64,000 nucleotides of DNA from Rhynchobatus australiae. Its lineage: Eukaryota. The stretch is taken from NCBI GenBank assembly GCA_034780895.1, contig JAUZTB010000076.1:95510482-95574481 (forward strand), read 5' to 3'. Positions 1-12,420 of this stretch are shown in pieces. Each line of letters opens with the position of its first letter. The first letter of the stretch is position 1. The notes below the pieces were generated by a model. The model did not search any database. It was given only the letters and a program-made list of their open reading frames with translations, and was not told the origin of the DNA. The translations under genes and the position numbers were made by a program.

Positions 1-519
1 AAATAATTGTGTAAATGTTATATACTTGCGTTCAACGTGCACTAGATCATTGGGGGAAAAGAAACAGATAGTCCAACAAAATATTTTGTTCAACATTAGT
101 CCAGATTTTCTTGGAAATGTAAGAGTTTTGGCGGTGGACTCATTGATGCATAAATAAGCCAGCAATTTTAAGAGATGCAGAGAAAAACCATGCGTTGGAA
201 ATCTCCAGTACTTGTTAATTTACACCAATCCACATTTTCCCTCACACAAATGACATCCCTTACTTAACAACCCTGTTATTTTTAAGGACTTGCTGGATTT
301 GGGCACTGATTTCCCATTATATTTGTTACGAAATGTTTTATGTAAACTATAAATATGTGCTGGTGCCTTTAGTCAGAAGGCCTATTATCTCATTGTGGTG
401 TAGTAAGTTGTGATTAGAAATTTTAAAAAGTAATTCTTTTTTAGTTTGCATTTAAATCTTTTCCCCTCTCAATCCAGTCTTCCTTGTAATATTTATTTCT
501 GAACAAAAATTTTAAAAAA

Positions 520-1468
520 CTGCGGGTGCTGGAAATCTGTAATAAAAATAGAAAATGTTGGAAACACTCAGCAGGTTACTGAGATGAGAATCAGAGTTAA
601 CTTTTTAGGTCTGAGAGCCTTTGAAAACTAATCTGTTTTTATTGCAGAGAAAGTGAGGGTGGCATACTGTAGGTAGAACAAAGGAAATATTCTTGTTAGG
701 GTGAAACCAAGTTATTTAATGTGGCTTTTGTAAGCATATTATGCATCTTTCTCTGTGTTACCTATTGCAGGCCAGATTATACTAAGGGAGGGAGGAAAGA
801 ATGAGTTAACATCAGAAATGGATGACGAACAGAAATAGCCATTTCTGATACAAATAGAAAAAGAGAGTGAGTTACCTAAAATTGAAGAATTCAGTATTGA
901 ATCCCCAAGGCTGCAATGAGAGGGAAGATGAGCTGTTGTTCCTCATGTTTGCATTGGACCTTGTTCCATCAGTGCAGCAGGCCACAAGCAGATAAGTCAT
1001 AGTAGAATAGGATGGAGATTTAAAGTTGCAGGCAGCTGGAAAGTTGAGGTAAAACTCTTCATTTTCTGTCTGAGCATGTTGCAGCCTTCCAGATTTGCGA
1101 TCAAATTCTCAAATTTCAGGTAACTGGCTCTCTATGTCTCTCAGTATCAGAGCTGATCATTTTTGCAAGTCCTTTTGTGATTTTGGCTCAGTTTTACTTT
1201 TTCTATTTATATTGCCTGGCCAGCTGGGCATGCACCACAGCCCTGCTGTTGGTAACAGATAACACAGACAAAGAAGTGTAATCTGCTTTTAACTGCTATA
1301 TTAATTCTTTTGATCTCACCCTGAGGTATTCTCCTGTTCTACCCATCCCCTCTCTGCAGTTTAAAACTAAATTGTTTTCTCTCTTTCTCCAACTAAAATA
1401 TAAACTCTGTTTCCCTTTCCATAAAAGCTGCCTGACTTGCTGAGTGTATCCTGCATTTTCTTTCTTTT
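520..1468. mobile_element. Two inverted 3' fragments of a Penelope-like retroelement (ORF C-terminus plus terminal repeat)
   Basis: Minus 998->872 reads DLSACGLLH*...EEQQLIFPL/LQPWGFNTEFFNFR*. Plus 1052-1123 reads KLFIFCLSMLQPSRFAIKFSNFR*. The outer arms (520-620 and 1390-1468) are reverse-complementary terminal repeats. Confidence 0.7.
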
Positions 1469-1795
1469 AAACTTGTTTATTTCCCATTTTTCCTTATTCA
1501 TCTGTGCCAATTCACCCTCTTGCCTGTTATTCATGTTTGTTTATCAGTCCATAAATCTCATTTGTTAAATACTCATCATTGGATTTGTGGATTACTGGAC
1601 TACTCTCATGGATGTTATCAGTTTGCATTTTTGACGTTAGTCTGGAAAATCCTTTCAAACGGAGGTGGAGTGAACAGTGGATATCATGAGATTCCCATAC
1701 CAGCAAAAGACTGTTAATTAGATACGTAGCATTTCAGTTTTTGCATAATTTAATGTCTAATTTCAATTTCTGTTCTTTTTTAAAAAAAATTGTAG

Positions 1796-1836
1796 AGTGC
1801 TTAAAGCCCAATCTGATCATCGATCCAGGCATGAAG
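1796..1836 (+). CDS. USP34: USP34 exon (41 nt): (R)VLKAQSDHRSRHE
   Basis: tgtag|AGTGCTT...GAAG|gtaggt; the phase-1 end joins the 7441 exon (G|TT = Val). Confidence 0.9.
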
Positions 1837-2263
1837 GTAGGTTATACTTGGAATTAATTTTAATAAAACATTAATGTTTAGGAATTTACCCTTATAATTA
1901 ATTGATAAATAATTGATTTTTTACAGTATCACTTTGTCTGAAACCCATTATAAACATTATCTTAAAAACTATTTGGAGCTGAAAATTATTGAGTAGATTA
2001 CCAAAATAAANNNNNNNNNNNNNNNNNNNNNNNNNNNNNNNNNNNNNNNNNNNNNNNNNNNNNNNNNNNNNNNNNNNNNNNNNNNNNNNNNNNNNNNNNN
2101 NNNNNNNNNNATTCATTTAAAGAAAGATACCTTTAGGGTTTGTGAGAATTTCTATGTTTTATGGCTATAATCATGTTAGTGTGGAAGTGACAGATAGTAA
2201 GATTAATGTTGAATATTTGCATAATGATATCTATTAACTAACTATATTGTCTCAAACAAAATA

Positions 2264-2460
2264 GTGCAGGAAATCTGAAATAAAACAGAATTGCTGGGAA
2301 TACTCAGTAGGTCAGGCAGTATCAGTGGACAGAGAAACAGTTAATATTTTAGATAGGTGACCTTAAATCTCATTCACTTAAACATTCTGTTTTTTCTCTC
2401 TCCACATGTGCTGGTTGACCTGCAGAATATGCCAGCATTTTCTGCTTTGTTTTATATTCT
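2264..2460. mobile_element. Fold-back Penelope-like terminal-repeat element
   Basis: The left arm AAACAGAATTGCTGGGAATACTCAGTAGGTCAGGCAG...GAGAAACAG is mirrored by CTGTTT...CTCTCCACATGTGCTGGTTGACCTGCAGAATATGCCAGCATTTTCTG. Confidence 0.65.
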
Positions 2461-2635
2461 CTTGTAGCCTAATTTCAATTTTCCATGCTAACCTTGCCCT
2501 TTGTAGGAGTTCCCAATGCGCTGGGCCTGTTGTCATGTTGAATGCTCCTGGATAGACTAGAAGCTGGCAGCCTGTAGAGCACATAGAAAAATTATTTTGT
2601 GATTTACTTTTAAAACACATCCAACCCATATTAAC

Positions 2636-2730
2636 AAACAATCTGCTGGAGGAACTCAATGGGCTAGGCAGCATCTGTGGTGGGGGGAGAGGAATTGTCA
2701 ATATTTCAGGTCAAAACCCTGCATCGGGAC
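2636..2730 (-). mobile_element. Penelope-like terminal repeat fragment (second subfamily)
   Basis: Minus strand GTCCCGATGCAGGGTTTTGACCTGAAATATTGAC...CAGATGCTGCC...GAGTTCCTCCAGCAG; a related copy lies at 22180-22400 (+). Confidence 0.55.
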
Positions 2731-3009
2731 AGGATGGAACCAGGATTCTGCACTGTTCTCTGTAACTGCTCTGCCTTAGCCACCTGGTATCAGCAAATGG
2801 GACGGTGGCAAGAGCATAGCCAAGAGTGGGGTGCAGGAGTGTGGGGCAGAGAACTGCATCACAAGCTCAGAGGTTACAGGACCATTTTCATTTCAAAAAG
2901 GTAACATCAAGTATGAATCTCAAGCCTGTGACCAGTAATGTAACCAACTTGCAGTTACGCTGTCCATTTGAGTCTTCAAGTGATCCCAAATAGCTGAAGG
3001 GCCAAACAA

Positions 3010-3265
3010 CATACTTCTTAAGTGTAATCATTGCTGTAAAGTAAGAAATGCCTCTAGCCAGGCTCCAAACAGCAAGGACTCATGAACAGAACAGAAAAGA
3101 CCATGTTATCTATTTGAGTTGAGAATAAATGTTGATCAATAAACCAGGAGCATTCCAGCTCTTTGGATGGTACTATGGCATCCTTTATATTCCTATGCAG
3201 GAGCAGAAGCATCTTCTATTTGAAATCTCATCTAAAGATGGTAACAGCAGCACTCCACTGCAAAC
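3010..3265 (-). mobile_element. Decayed Deu-domain SINE (SacSINE1/AmnSINE-like)
   Basis: Minus strand CATCTTTAGATGAGATTTCAAAT...GGATGCCATAGTACCATCCAAAGAGCTGGAATGCTCCTGG resembles the Deu-SINE core as recalled. Confidence 0.45.
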
Positions 3266-6116
3266 AGTATCTGAACAGAAAGTTATTCTATTTACCACAA
3301 TATCATTATTTACCTACCTTTTTTGGTGTAAATTTGAGCAAGTTCTGCAAACCTCAAGTCATAGCAGATCCCTATCCCCACTTTGCAGCAAGCTGTACAG
3401 AAAAGAGATTATAATACATAACAAAGTATGATGAGGCTTTCATTTAGAAGTTCATATCAGGTCTATGTGTATATTAATATACATCATGGTCAGCAGCAGG
3501 AGAATGTAGGTTCTTACATACAATTGTCCTTGCAGCAAGCTTCTGCTCTGTTTCTTCCTAAACTCCCAGGGCAACTGTGCAATGCAGCCTACATGCTTCA
3601 CCCAAAGTAAAAGTGTGGAAGAAGGCATAAAGAGGTCAGTCAAAAAAATAACATGGGACCACTGTTACATTTCCCCAGGAAATAAAAATTGAACAGGATA
3701 TAGGAGCACTAAAGGCTCATTTTACCTGAGCCATGACTTTTTTTATTGTGATGCTTGAGTGCCCTTGGAATCCTGCTCTGTAATGCTCTTTGGTCTTCAG
3801 TGGAGATCGCACTGCTATTTTTCAATGGGGAAAGTGGAGGAGGAAACAGGCGGTACAACTGTCTTAATGCTAGAAGTCTCCTGGCTTATATTTTAAATTA
3901 CAGGAAACGTGGGCAAGAATTGCAATTTCTTGTTGAAAGCTGGAGAGGTTAAAGAAATTATGAAACATTTCATCGTGATGTTTAGAGGTAGTTAGAAATG
4001 TGTGCAATTAAACATATACCCATCTTTGCTTTTATGACAATTACTTAAATCCCCTATATAGTATGGTTGCTTGACTGTCAGGGTGGTAGAAACATTGAGA
4101 AGTACATTCAACCTGACTGCCTTCCCTTCTACTGCAGATACATTCAAGCCCAGGTATCTACCACCCAACTTTGAGGTCTTGTGTGTTGGTGAATTGGAAC
4201 ACATTGATCTAACTTTACATTTTATTCAAGAAGTTATTTTTTGAAAAAAATCATAGTAGATTAATGTTTGGGCATCCGCCATTGCCATCTATGGTTACGA
4301 TGGACATTGATTTGCTTGCCAGCCATATTTCTTCCTCCTTACTAGAGGCTGTTCTGTTTACATAAAGTTCTATCCCAACAATCTAATTCAAAATCCAATG
4401 TGAAAACAATGGGTATTAACCTGCATCTTGCATTAATTGAAGGCAACATGAAAATAGTTTCTATTTTAAAAACAGAATGCACATATAATAAAGTTCCATC
4501 AATGTAAGGAATTACATATTAAAACGCGTGTCTTTTTACTTACGTGTATCAAAGGTGCATAATGAGTTACCAGGAGAAAGTGTTTCAGATTCCTGGAAAT
4601 GGATTTTCCCAGGGACATCAATATCAAACAAGTGAATCTGGTTCAAACAAACAGCAGGGAAAGTTAGTGATCTTTAATATGACCGTTGAACTTAAGTTAA
4701 CTCTTTGAATGATTAATTACTTTCCAGCTTACTGTGTTTGCTTGCTAAATCTCACAATTCCACACCAGCATTCCTGTGATTCAGCTTGTAGAAAAGCAAC
4801 ATCCAAATATGAGTCTATGATTCTGACATCAGCATAAGGGAGCAAGTTTTAGTAATGCAAATGCAGGTAGCAAAACATGGCTGCTGGTCTCTTTTTAAAT
4901 TTTAAAGTACTGGAGCCAAAAATTCTTTAATAAAGCAGTGTCCTTACTTCATATTTCTTGAATCAAAGTCAGCACCATCTTTCTGACAATTACATCTTGT
5001 TTAAGTTCATCTGGTTATATACTAGGTGGTAGCAAACCTCCATCTTGACCAATGCCAATGACAATGAGAGGCAAAGTGCAGTTTCTGTTGATCCTAGTCG
5101 GAGGTGCTTAAACTGTTTTTATAGATTTACTAGTTGTCTGCACAGGTCTGGAATCATATTTTATATTCTAGTTCCCCAATTGCATATTATTATCATCTGT
5201 TCCAACCATCACTGATCATCTGCCCTACATTCCCCACCCAATTAATTATCTGCCGAACTCCTCTCCCCATCCCTCAACAATCTTCTACCACTCACCACTA
5301 ATTCTCACCACAACCACTGCTGCTGCCCACTGTTTCCTTGATAACCGCACCTTACAAACCCTCCATTACATTGTTCCTCCCACATTTGCCCCAGTGATAT
5401 TTTGCAAATCCCCAGGGGTAGACACACCAAGTTTGAAAACCTTTGATCTAAACCATCTTACAACAAGCTAGATATCTCTTTTGTTTCTGAGAACATATAT
5501 TGAGCTGGGACCTGCACCACACCAATCAAGACATGTTAAATGATTCTAACGCTTTTGGGGGAAAAAAACAACAATTTAAAATAAAAATCACCAAGCACAC
5601 TCACTAAAACCTAAACTTGGCATAATATTTTTGACTGTTGGAAATGACTTACAGCTGGAAGCAATCTTTATCAATGATTTTCAATCTCATAAAAAATAGT
5701 TTCAATGAAAATTAATGCCAAATAGATTTCACATTGAAGATATATTTACAAAATTGTGTCCAGCAGTGCATGTCACAACATAGTTTTTTTTAATCTTCTG
5801 GAGGTCAAATGTTTAAAATCTCTTAATAGTAAGTAAGGATCATTGACCTTAGTTTTTGTTGTTGATTTATAAATGAAAAATCAGAAGGAAATACAAGATG
5901 AGTGGAATGAATGAGACACTAAAAATTTTGGATAAATTTTGAAAAAATTGTTGAATATCAAATATTATCTGGAACAATGCTAAATCTCTACAAAAATAGA
6001 CAAAGCATCAATAAGTTATAGTTAAGCTCAATAATAACTCAAGATTATTTACATTGCTCATGGCCACCTTTCTAGCACAACTTTGTTTGCAGCAGTTGTA
6101 TTAAACTATAAATCCA

Positions 6117-6365
6117 ATAGGGAATTAAGAAGAAATTTCTTTATGCAACAAGTGCTGACAATATGGAACTGACTACCACAGGAAGTGAATAGTATAGATG
6201 CATTTATGGGGAGGCTATCCATCTGTTATATGGGAGAGGGGAATAGATGATTACACTGATGGATTTAGATTAGAAAGGAAAGGAGACTCAAATGGAGTAC
6301 TATTATCAGCATGGACTGGTTGGGCCAAGCAGTTAACTCTGCTGCTATATATCCAATAATGTATG
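6117..6365 (+). mobile_element. Old CR1-like LINE 3' fragment
   Basis: RRNFF(MQQV)L.IWN.LP-like ORF2 end, followed by a 3'UTR with GGACTGGTTGGGCCAA. Confidence 0.55.
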
Positions 6366-6855
6366 TATATTGACTTAGATATAGTTCATAAACTTAGATA
6401 TAGTTGCATCACAGATCCCAATAATTCCAGGCATAGCACATAACAGTGAAAGCACTACACACATTGCAGTCACAAGCACCAAACCAAAGGGAGAAATTAT
6501 AACAGATGTACAATTCTTTTATCATTGAGACATCGGTATCATAGACACATGAACAGAAGTTTCTCCCCCGACTCTTTTTAGATACTACATTGGAAAAGAA
6601 CACTTTGGCACCCAGATGAGTGAACTTTAAGGCCAATAAATGCATGACCACCTCGGTCGATTTTGGGCTCGAACAGATAGTTCTGTTTGCTGAAAATGTT
6701 TTCCTAATCGACATGATGAATTACGTCACCAACACTACACAAGTCTTGCCGCTGCTTTGATAGGAAAATTTTCAACAACAAAGGATACCTCTGTCCATAT
6801 TACAGATTCAAGAGATAGGACAAGCCAGCAAAAAACATGGAATTGTCACAGCCTG

Positions 6856-7128
6856 TACAGCTGCTCCCAGGTTAAGAACGCCCAACTTATGGACACCGCT
6901 ACGCATGAACTCGCTCCCATAATATTATTAAATTCAGAAGTCCAATGTACAAACATAAGTTTGTTCCTATGAATGGCAGAACTAGTTTCCTCTCTCCACA
7001 TTTAGGAATTATTCTTTGTTATGCTTTTGATGCCAAGTGATTTTTGTGCAGTTTCCAACTTATGGACAAAATCGACTTGCGGACATCTGTAAAAACAGAA
7101 CCTATTCCTTATCTGGGGATGGCCTTTA
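6856..7128. mobile_element. Tigger/pogo-like (Tc1-mariner) MITE
   Basis: TA-flanked imperfect TIRs (TACAGCTGCTCCCAGGTTAAGAA / TTCCTTATCTGGGGATGGCCTTTA), an internal repeated CAACTTATGGACA, and a related right end at 36670-36750. Confidence 0.55.
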
Positions 7129-7440
7129 CCTGACTTAGGCCTTCCTATACATCTTACAGACGTGCAGTGATAAGTGTCTCTGCATTTTCAAGAAGTAACA
7201 GTTTGGGTTTACCATTAATCCACTACACTCCCCAGTCATTGATTATATAAGTCCCTCTGTATTTAAATAATATGGATTCATTGTTGTAAAAGTTGCAAAA
7301 TTTCTGTAAGACTTTCCCCAAAAAGCAACAGCCTTTGAATATCTTTGCAGCTGGTCAATCATTACCAAACTGTCCCCAGATTACTTGTGGTGCCAGATAC
7401 AGGATCAACTCTATCATTTTGATTTTTTTCTTTGTTTCAG

Positions 7441-7565
7441 TTACTCATTATGCCATGTGGTTATTAGTGAGTTGGGCTCACTGCTGCTCGTTAGTCAAAT
7501 CCAGCATGGCAGACAGTGAACATTTACATGATTGGCTGAAAAAATTAACTCTTCTTGTACCAGAG
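7441..7565 (+). CDS. USP34: USP34 exon: VTHYAMWLLVSWAHCCSLVKSSMADSEHLHDWLKKLTLLVPE
   Basis: tttcag| ... GAG|gtaagg; 125 nt. Confidence 0.95.
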
Positions 7566-7723
7566 GTAAGGTTTTAAATCTCCATCATAGATGTACAATA
7601 ATGCACGAATGTGTTAATTATTTTCAATAGCTATAGTTGACTTTTCAAGTTGATTGTGCAAATGGGCTATTTATGTCATATTGTTCTGCTTAATGCATCT
7701 TGTCCATATCTGATTTGTTCCAG

Positions 7724-7876
7724 ACCTCAGTTCGACATGAAGCTTGCAGTGGGCTGTATAAGTTGTGCCTTTCAGGTTTAGATGGTGGAGAATCAATAAA
7801 TCGATCTTTCCTTTTGCTAGCTGCATCAACATTACTAAAATTCCTTCCTGATGCCCAAGCTTTGAAGCCTATCAGG
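7724..7876 (+). CDS. USP34: USP34 exon: TSVRHEACSGLYKL...DAQALKPIR
   Basis: ttccag| ... AGG|gtaaga; 153 nt. Confidence 0.95.
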
Positions 7877-8767
7877 GTAAGAATTACTCTACCACTTTCC
7901 CATGGCAAATCATTTAAACAGCTTAATTGTTTCAATGCTCGATATCTTTCTGTTACAAAGTAACTTGCTTTATTAAAGATATGTAACCAAATGAATATGG
8001 TATTATTGCAGTAGAGCATTGAGATCTAGCAATGTCTTCAATCCAGTGAGCCCACATGAGCCTGGTGGAATGCTACATATTTCAATTCTAAACCTAATGC
8101 ACATCAAATTTTCCTTTAAATTTTATGTTGACATTTCTGGTCCGTAGGAAGCACTTGTTAGGGGAGTGGGATCTGTCAGTGCCCATCAAACAATGCTTGT
8201 GGGAGGAGCAAAAGTGCTTTCATCCCCTTACCAGGCTTAGCTGCTCTCATTTCACCCACTAGTGAGCTGACCACTCCTATACCCTGGCTTTCAGTCTCAT
8301 TCTCTCCCCTCTAAGTGCCAATCCTTTTCTAGGAAATGATGGAGAAACACTATGCATGGGCTGGCTGCAATTTGTGATGGGCAGAGGTGAGGGCCAGGAG
8401 TATTTTGTAAATAGTGTCGAAGGAATCTGAAATGACGAGGAAAAATATGAAGTTTTATACAGTCTTTCCTTATAACAATTACTATGATTTAACTATAACT
8501 TGTTTGTAAGACTTCAGAGTTTTGACAGCTTTATGAAATATAATGCACTGTGATGCATGTTGCAGAAAAATGGCAATGAAATTTTGCCCCTAATTATATG
8601 ATCCAGTTTTAAATTTATACATTGTGTTTGAAGGAGACAGCTGTACAATTATCCCTTTAAGTACCAGTTTTAGGAGAAAACTGCTGAAAAGAATATGGAA
8701 GTCTATATGTACTGAAGAAATATGAGCATTATAACAGTGGTGTTAAAGCATTTTTTTTAATTTACAG

Positions 8768-8872
8768 GAGATAGATTATGAAGAGGAATCAGTATTGCGA
8801 GCAGGTTGCAAGGAATATTTCTGGTTACTTTGTAAACTGATTGATAATATCCATGTAAAAGATGCTAGCCAG
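8768..8872 (+). CDS. USP34: USP34 exon: EIDYEEESVLRAGCKEYFWLLCKLIDNIHVKDASQ
   Basis: ttacag|GAG (CAGGAG tandem acceptor) ... CAG|gtatgc; 105 nt. Confidence 0.93.
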
Positions 8873-9208
8873 GTATGCAGTTGTGCTTCCTATTGTTCCC
8901 TCATGTTAGAAAAATAGTAACGTACTAATGGCCACCTCTCCTAATCTGAATAGTGAATTTCCTTATTTTCATGAATTAGCTTATACAGTATTATTCAATC
9001 TTTGCTATTTTTATTTTACTTTTTTAGAAACTTGATTAAAGAAAATTTTAGCAATTTGTGTTCTGTCTGAAAATGCACTGTAGAAGGAATTTGCTCTATC
9101 ACTTTATGTTGGAAGGCGAAGCTCAGTTGATATGAAAATGATGTTCTTGTCTCCAGCTTAATTTGAGACCTCCAAACTTAATTTTCTGTCTGAAAATCAA
9201 AACACATT

Positions 9209-9421
9209 TGCAGATGCTGGAAATCTAAAATAAAAACAGAAAATGCTAGAAATACTCAAAAGGTTTAGTAGTATCTGTAGAAAGCAAAACAGAGTTAACA
9301 TTTCAGGTTGGAGGCCCTCTGCCTGACGAAGGGTGTCTGACCTGCAACCTCAACTCAGTTTGTCTTTCCACAGGTGCTGCCTGACATGCTGAGTGTTTCC
9401 AACATTTTCTATTTTTTAATT
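9209..9421. mobile_element. Fold-back Penelope-like terminal-repeat element
   Basis: Arms 9209-9318 and 9323-9421 are imperfect reverse complements; CTGACGA core at 9323. Confidence 0.7.
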
Positions 9422-9767
9422 TCCTGCCCAGCGGACTAACTTGTATTGCTTATGTAGATTGTTGATTTAATTGAACTTTCCAAAAATGCTTTAAACTTTT
9501 AAAGATTAATGGGCTCCAAGACTGTTCAGCTGACCCTGTGCAATAACAACTTTCCTCTCTTTTCCACTCCATCTCTTTCCTCTTCCAATAGTCACTCCCT
9601 CACCACAACCATATCAATGATAGCCTGGACAATGTACCCTTTGCATAGACACTTCCATTCATGTTTTTCTGCTTTGGCTTCTGCTCAATGCCCAATAGAC
9701 TTCCATCTGTTCCCTGACAGTCGCCAATTAAAGTTTTGCGCAGTGAGCAATTTTAGCTTTCTTAAAA

Positions 9768-9997
9768 ATGTGACTGTGTGGTCTTCCCCTGGGTGCTCCA
9801 CTTTCCTTCTTCATCACAAAGGCCTATGGGTTATTTGGTCACTGTAAAAGGATCCAGGTGTTTTAATGAATGGTAGAATCTTGTGGTGGTGGGCAAGTTG
9901 ATGGAAGTACAGGGTGAATAAATTGAGTTAGTTTAGGATTAGTGCTTAATGGACATTGTGGACTGGATGGGTCTGTTTCTGCGTTGTGTAACTATGA
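9768..9997 (+). mobile_element. Degenerate V-SINE fragment
   Basis: CCCCTGGGTGCTCCACTTTCCT...CAAAG V-domain remnant and a CR1-like tail GGGTCTGTTTCTGCGTTGTGTAACT. Confidence 0.45.
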
Positions 9998-11994
9998 AAA
10001 ATACTTCTCTGTTTTTAATGCAGTAACTTGTTCTGAGTTGAGGAGGGAGAGGGTATAGAACAATGAAATGGGAAGATAAAAGGCTAGGAGAAGATAAGAC
10101 TCAGACAGGTTGAAGCCAATAGATGCTGTTTCCCAAATTACATTTTGATGCTTCCTTTCTGTCTCTTTTAACATTTACATTTGTATATACATACGCACGT
10201 GTGTATAGTTACAGTCTAATGATGTGGTTTGTGACGAGTTGAATGGTCTGTCTTTATGTGCAGGGCCTTTGATGTACTGAAGATCTTTGAAATTTTTTTA
10301 ATATCTGATTTTAGAGCTTAAAAGGGCAGCAATAAGTTCATAGAAAAACTCAATCACTGTAAAAAGTGATACAGATGAAATCTAATTTATGAATCTGTGA
10401 TCACATACTGTAACATTTATTTTGGTGGTCATTGTTTCTGAATAGAGTATCTTGCAAAGTACAATGCCATCATAATATTGCAAAGTACATTTTTTTGCAT
10501 GTGACTGAAATATGTAACTAATTCAGTTGAATTAAACATATTCAATTAATATGTTTAAAATGGTATATTGTGAATTTTGTCCCCAATATATCCATTTTGT
10601 TAAGAATTCTTAACTGTAGTCATTATCAAGACTTCAAATATACTTCATTTTGTAAATAATGCTTTGATCTGTGATATGTATCACAGTATTAAAGCCTCCT
10701 TGATGGGTATGCATCTTTCTGCACATGCTGATTCTTTTATTCTCCTTCTTAGTTCCATGCTATAAATTGTTTCCTTACTTATTTAAGTCTCCTGAATGTT
10801 GATTTTAGGCTGCTACTACTTAAAATGATTAAGTGTACAAATATTTTAACAATAATTGATTGTTATCACTATTTGATTGCTATCACTATTGAATACCAAT
10901 AATTTCCATTTCATTAACCTGGTCAGATCATCCAGGCACTACTCTCAATAATTTAAACTTCACTCTCAAGAATTTGGCATGGGTGGTATTGGGAATGCGT
11001 ACAAGGGTGTCTGTCATGCACATTACATTTCTGCGTCATCATGTTGTGGCCACGAAGGCACTACTGACATTATAATAGTTTTGGTCTTTCAAAACCTTTG
11101 GAGAACTTGTCTCCACGTTAAAATTGGATAGAAATAGTGATTAATTAAATCAGTTTGTAAAGTCCTGGAAACTTATTGCTAATATTACATTTTAAGTGGC
11201 AGATTTTAAAGAACTTTGTATTTCACATATACACCCTGTTTTTTATTCTGAAATCTTTATAATTATAGTAAGAGAACTTTTAATGAATGAGGTTATTTTG
11301 CTTCTAATTTTTTTTTAATCAAAACTAAAACTTTGTTAATTTGGATTTTTTTAAATGAAATAAAAATTAAAATTAAATCTTAANNNNNNNNNNNNNNNNN
11401 NNNNNNNNNNNNNNNNNNNNNNNNNNNNNNNNNNNNNNNNNNNNNNNNNNNNNNNNNNNNNNNNNNNNNNNNNNNNNNNNNNNNNNNNNNNNNNNNNNNN
11501 NNNNNNNNNNNNNNNNNNNNNNNNNNNNNNNNNNNNNNNNNNNNNNNNNNNNNNNNNNNNNNNNNNNNNNNNNNNNNNNNNNNNNNNNNNNTACAGGGCA
11601 ATGCATTTTACTCTCTGAGCATAACCAACACCATGAGATTTGTTAATTCTCATATCATTGTACAGTTAAATTATACAGCTTAAATTCAGGGAAATTGTTG
11701 AAGCACATACAGAGAATAATTTGAACTGTTATTTTACTTATTCCGGCCTCTTGAACATCATTGATTTTAACCATTCCACTGGCGATGCCCATGCTTTCAG
11801 CTGCTGAGGCTTCAGCTCGAGAATTTCTCCTAAAACTTCATCACCAACTTATCTTCTTTATATCTACCTCTCTCCACAAATTCTGCATGGGATTACTCCT
11901 CTTAAGAACTTGTGGCATTTTACTTTGTTAAAAGTGTAGTGTAAGTGCAAATTGTTGTTTCTGTTATTGTATAAGTGTGGTATCTTTTCTGTAG

Positions 11995-12050
11995 ACGACG
12001 TTGCTAGATTTGGATGCCTTGGCAAGACATCTCGCCGATTGCATTCGCAG
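11995..12050 (+). CDS. USP34: USP34 exon: TTLLDLDALARHLADCIR(S)
   Basis: ctgtag| ... CAG|gtctgt; 56 nt, phase-2 end. Confidence 0.93.
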
Positions 12051-12139
12051 GTCTGTTGGCAAAATTTTTGACATTTTTCTTGGATTGTTATGTCAGTGTG
12101 TTGTTATGTATTAATTTATTTTCACTTTCCTCTTTGTAG

Positions 12140-12260
12140 TAGGGAAATTCTTGATCAGCAGGACAGTAACACCGAAGATGATGGGCTTACAGGATTACTG
12201 CGTCTTTGCACTGTAGTCATAAAGCACAAGCCTCCATTTAAATTCTCTCGAGAAGGACAG
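12140..12260 (+). CDS. USP34: USP34 exon: (S)REILDQQDSNTEDDGLTGLLRL...KFSREGQ
   Basis: ttgtag|TAGG (TAGTAG tandem acceptor) ... CAG|gtagtc; 121 nt. Confidence 0.93.
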
Positions 12261-12324
12261 GTAGTCAACTTGTATTTAAATATGATTAGTCTCTGAGGGA
12301 GAATAGACACAATATTCAAGTACT

Positions 12325-12420
12325 AAATAAAAATAGAAAATGTTGGAAATCCTTAGCCAGTCAGGCAACATCTGTGAAAAGAAAAATAGAGTTGACACTT
12401 AAGGTTGATGTCTATCTTCA
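12325..12420 (-). mobile_element. Penelope-like terminal repeat, single arm
   Basis: AAATAAAAATAGAAAATGTTGGAAAT...GTCAGGCAACATCTGTG...AGAGTTGAC; same family as the 9209 element. Confidence 0.6.

Noticed and set aside
6779-6787. U12-type donor consensus GTATCCTTT on the minus strand
   Set aside because: It is antisense to USP34 with no associated exon, and one 9-mer hit is expected by chance in 128 kb. All traced USP34 introns have U2-type donors.
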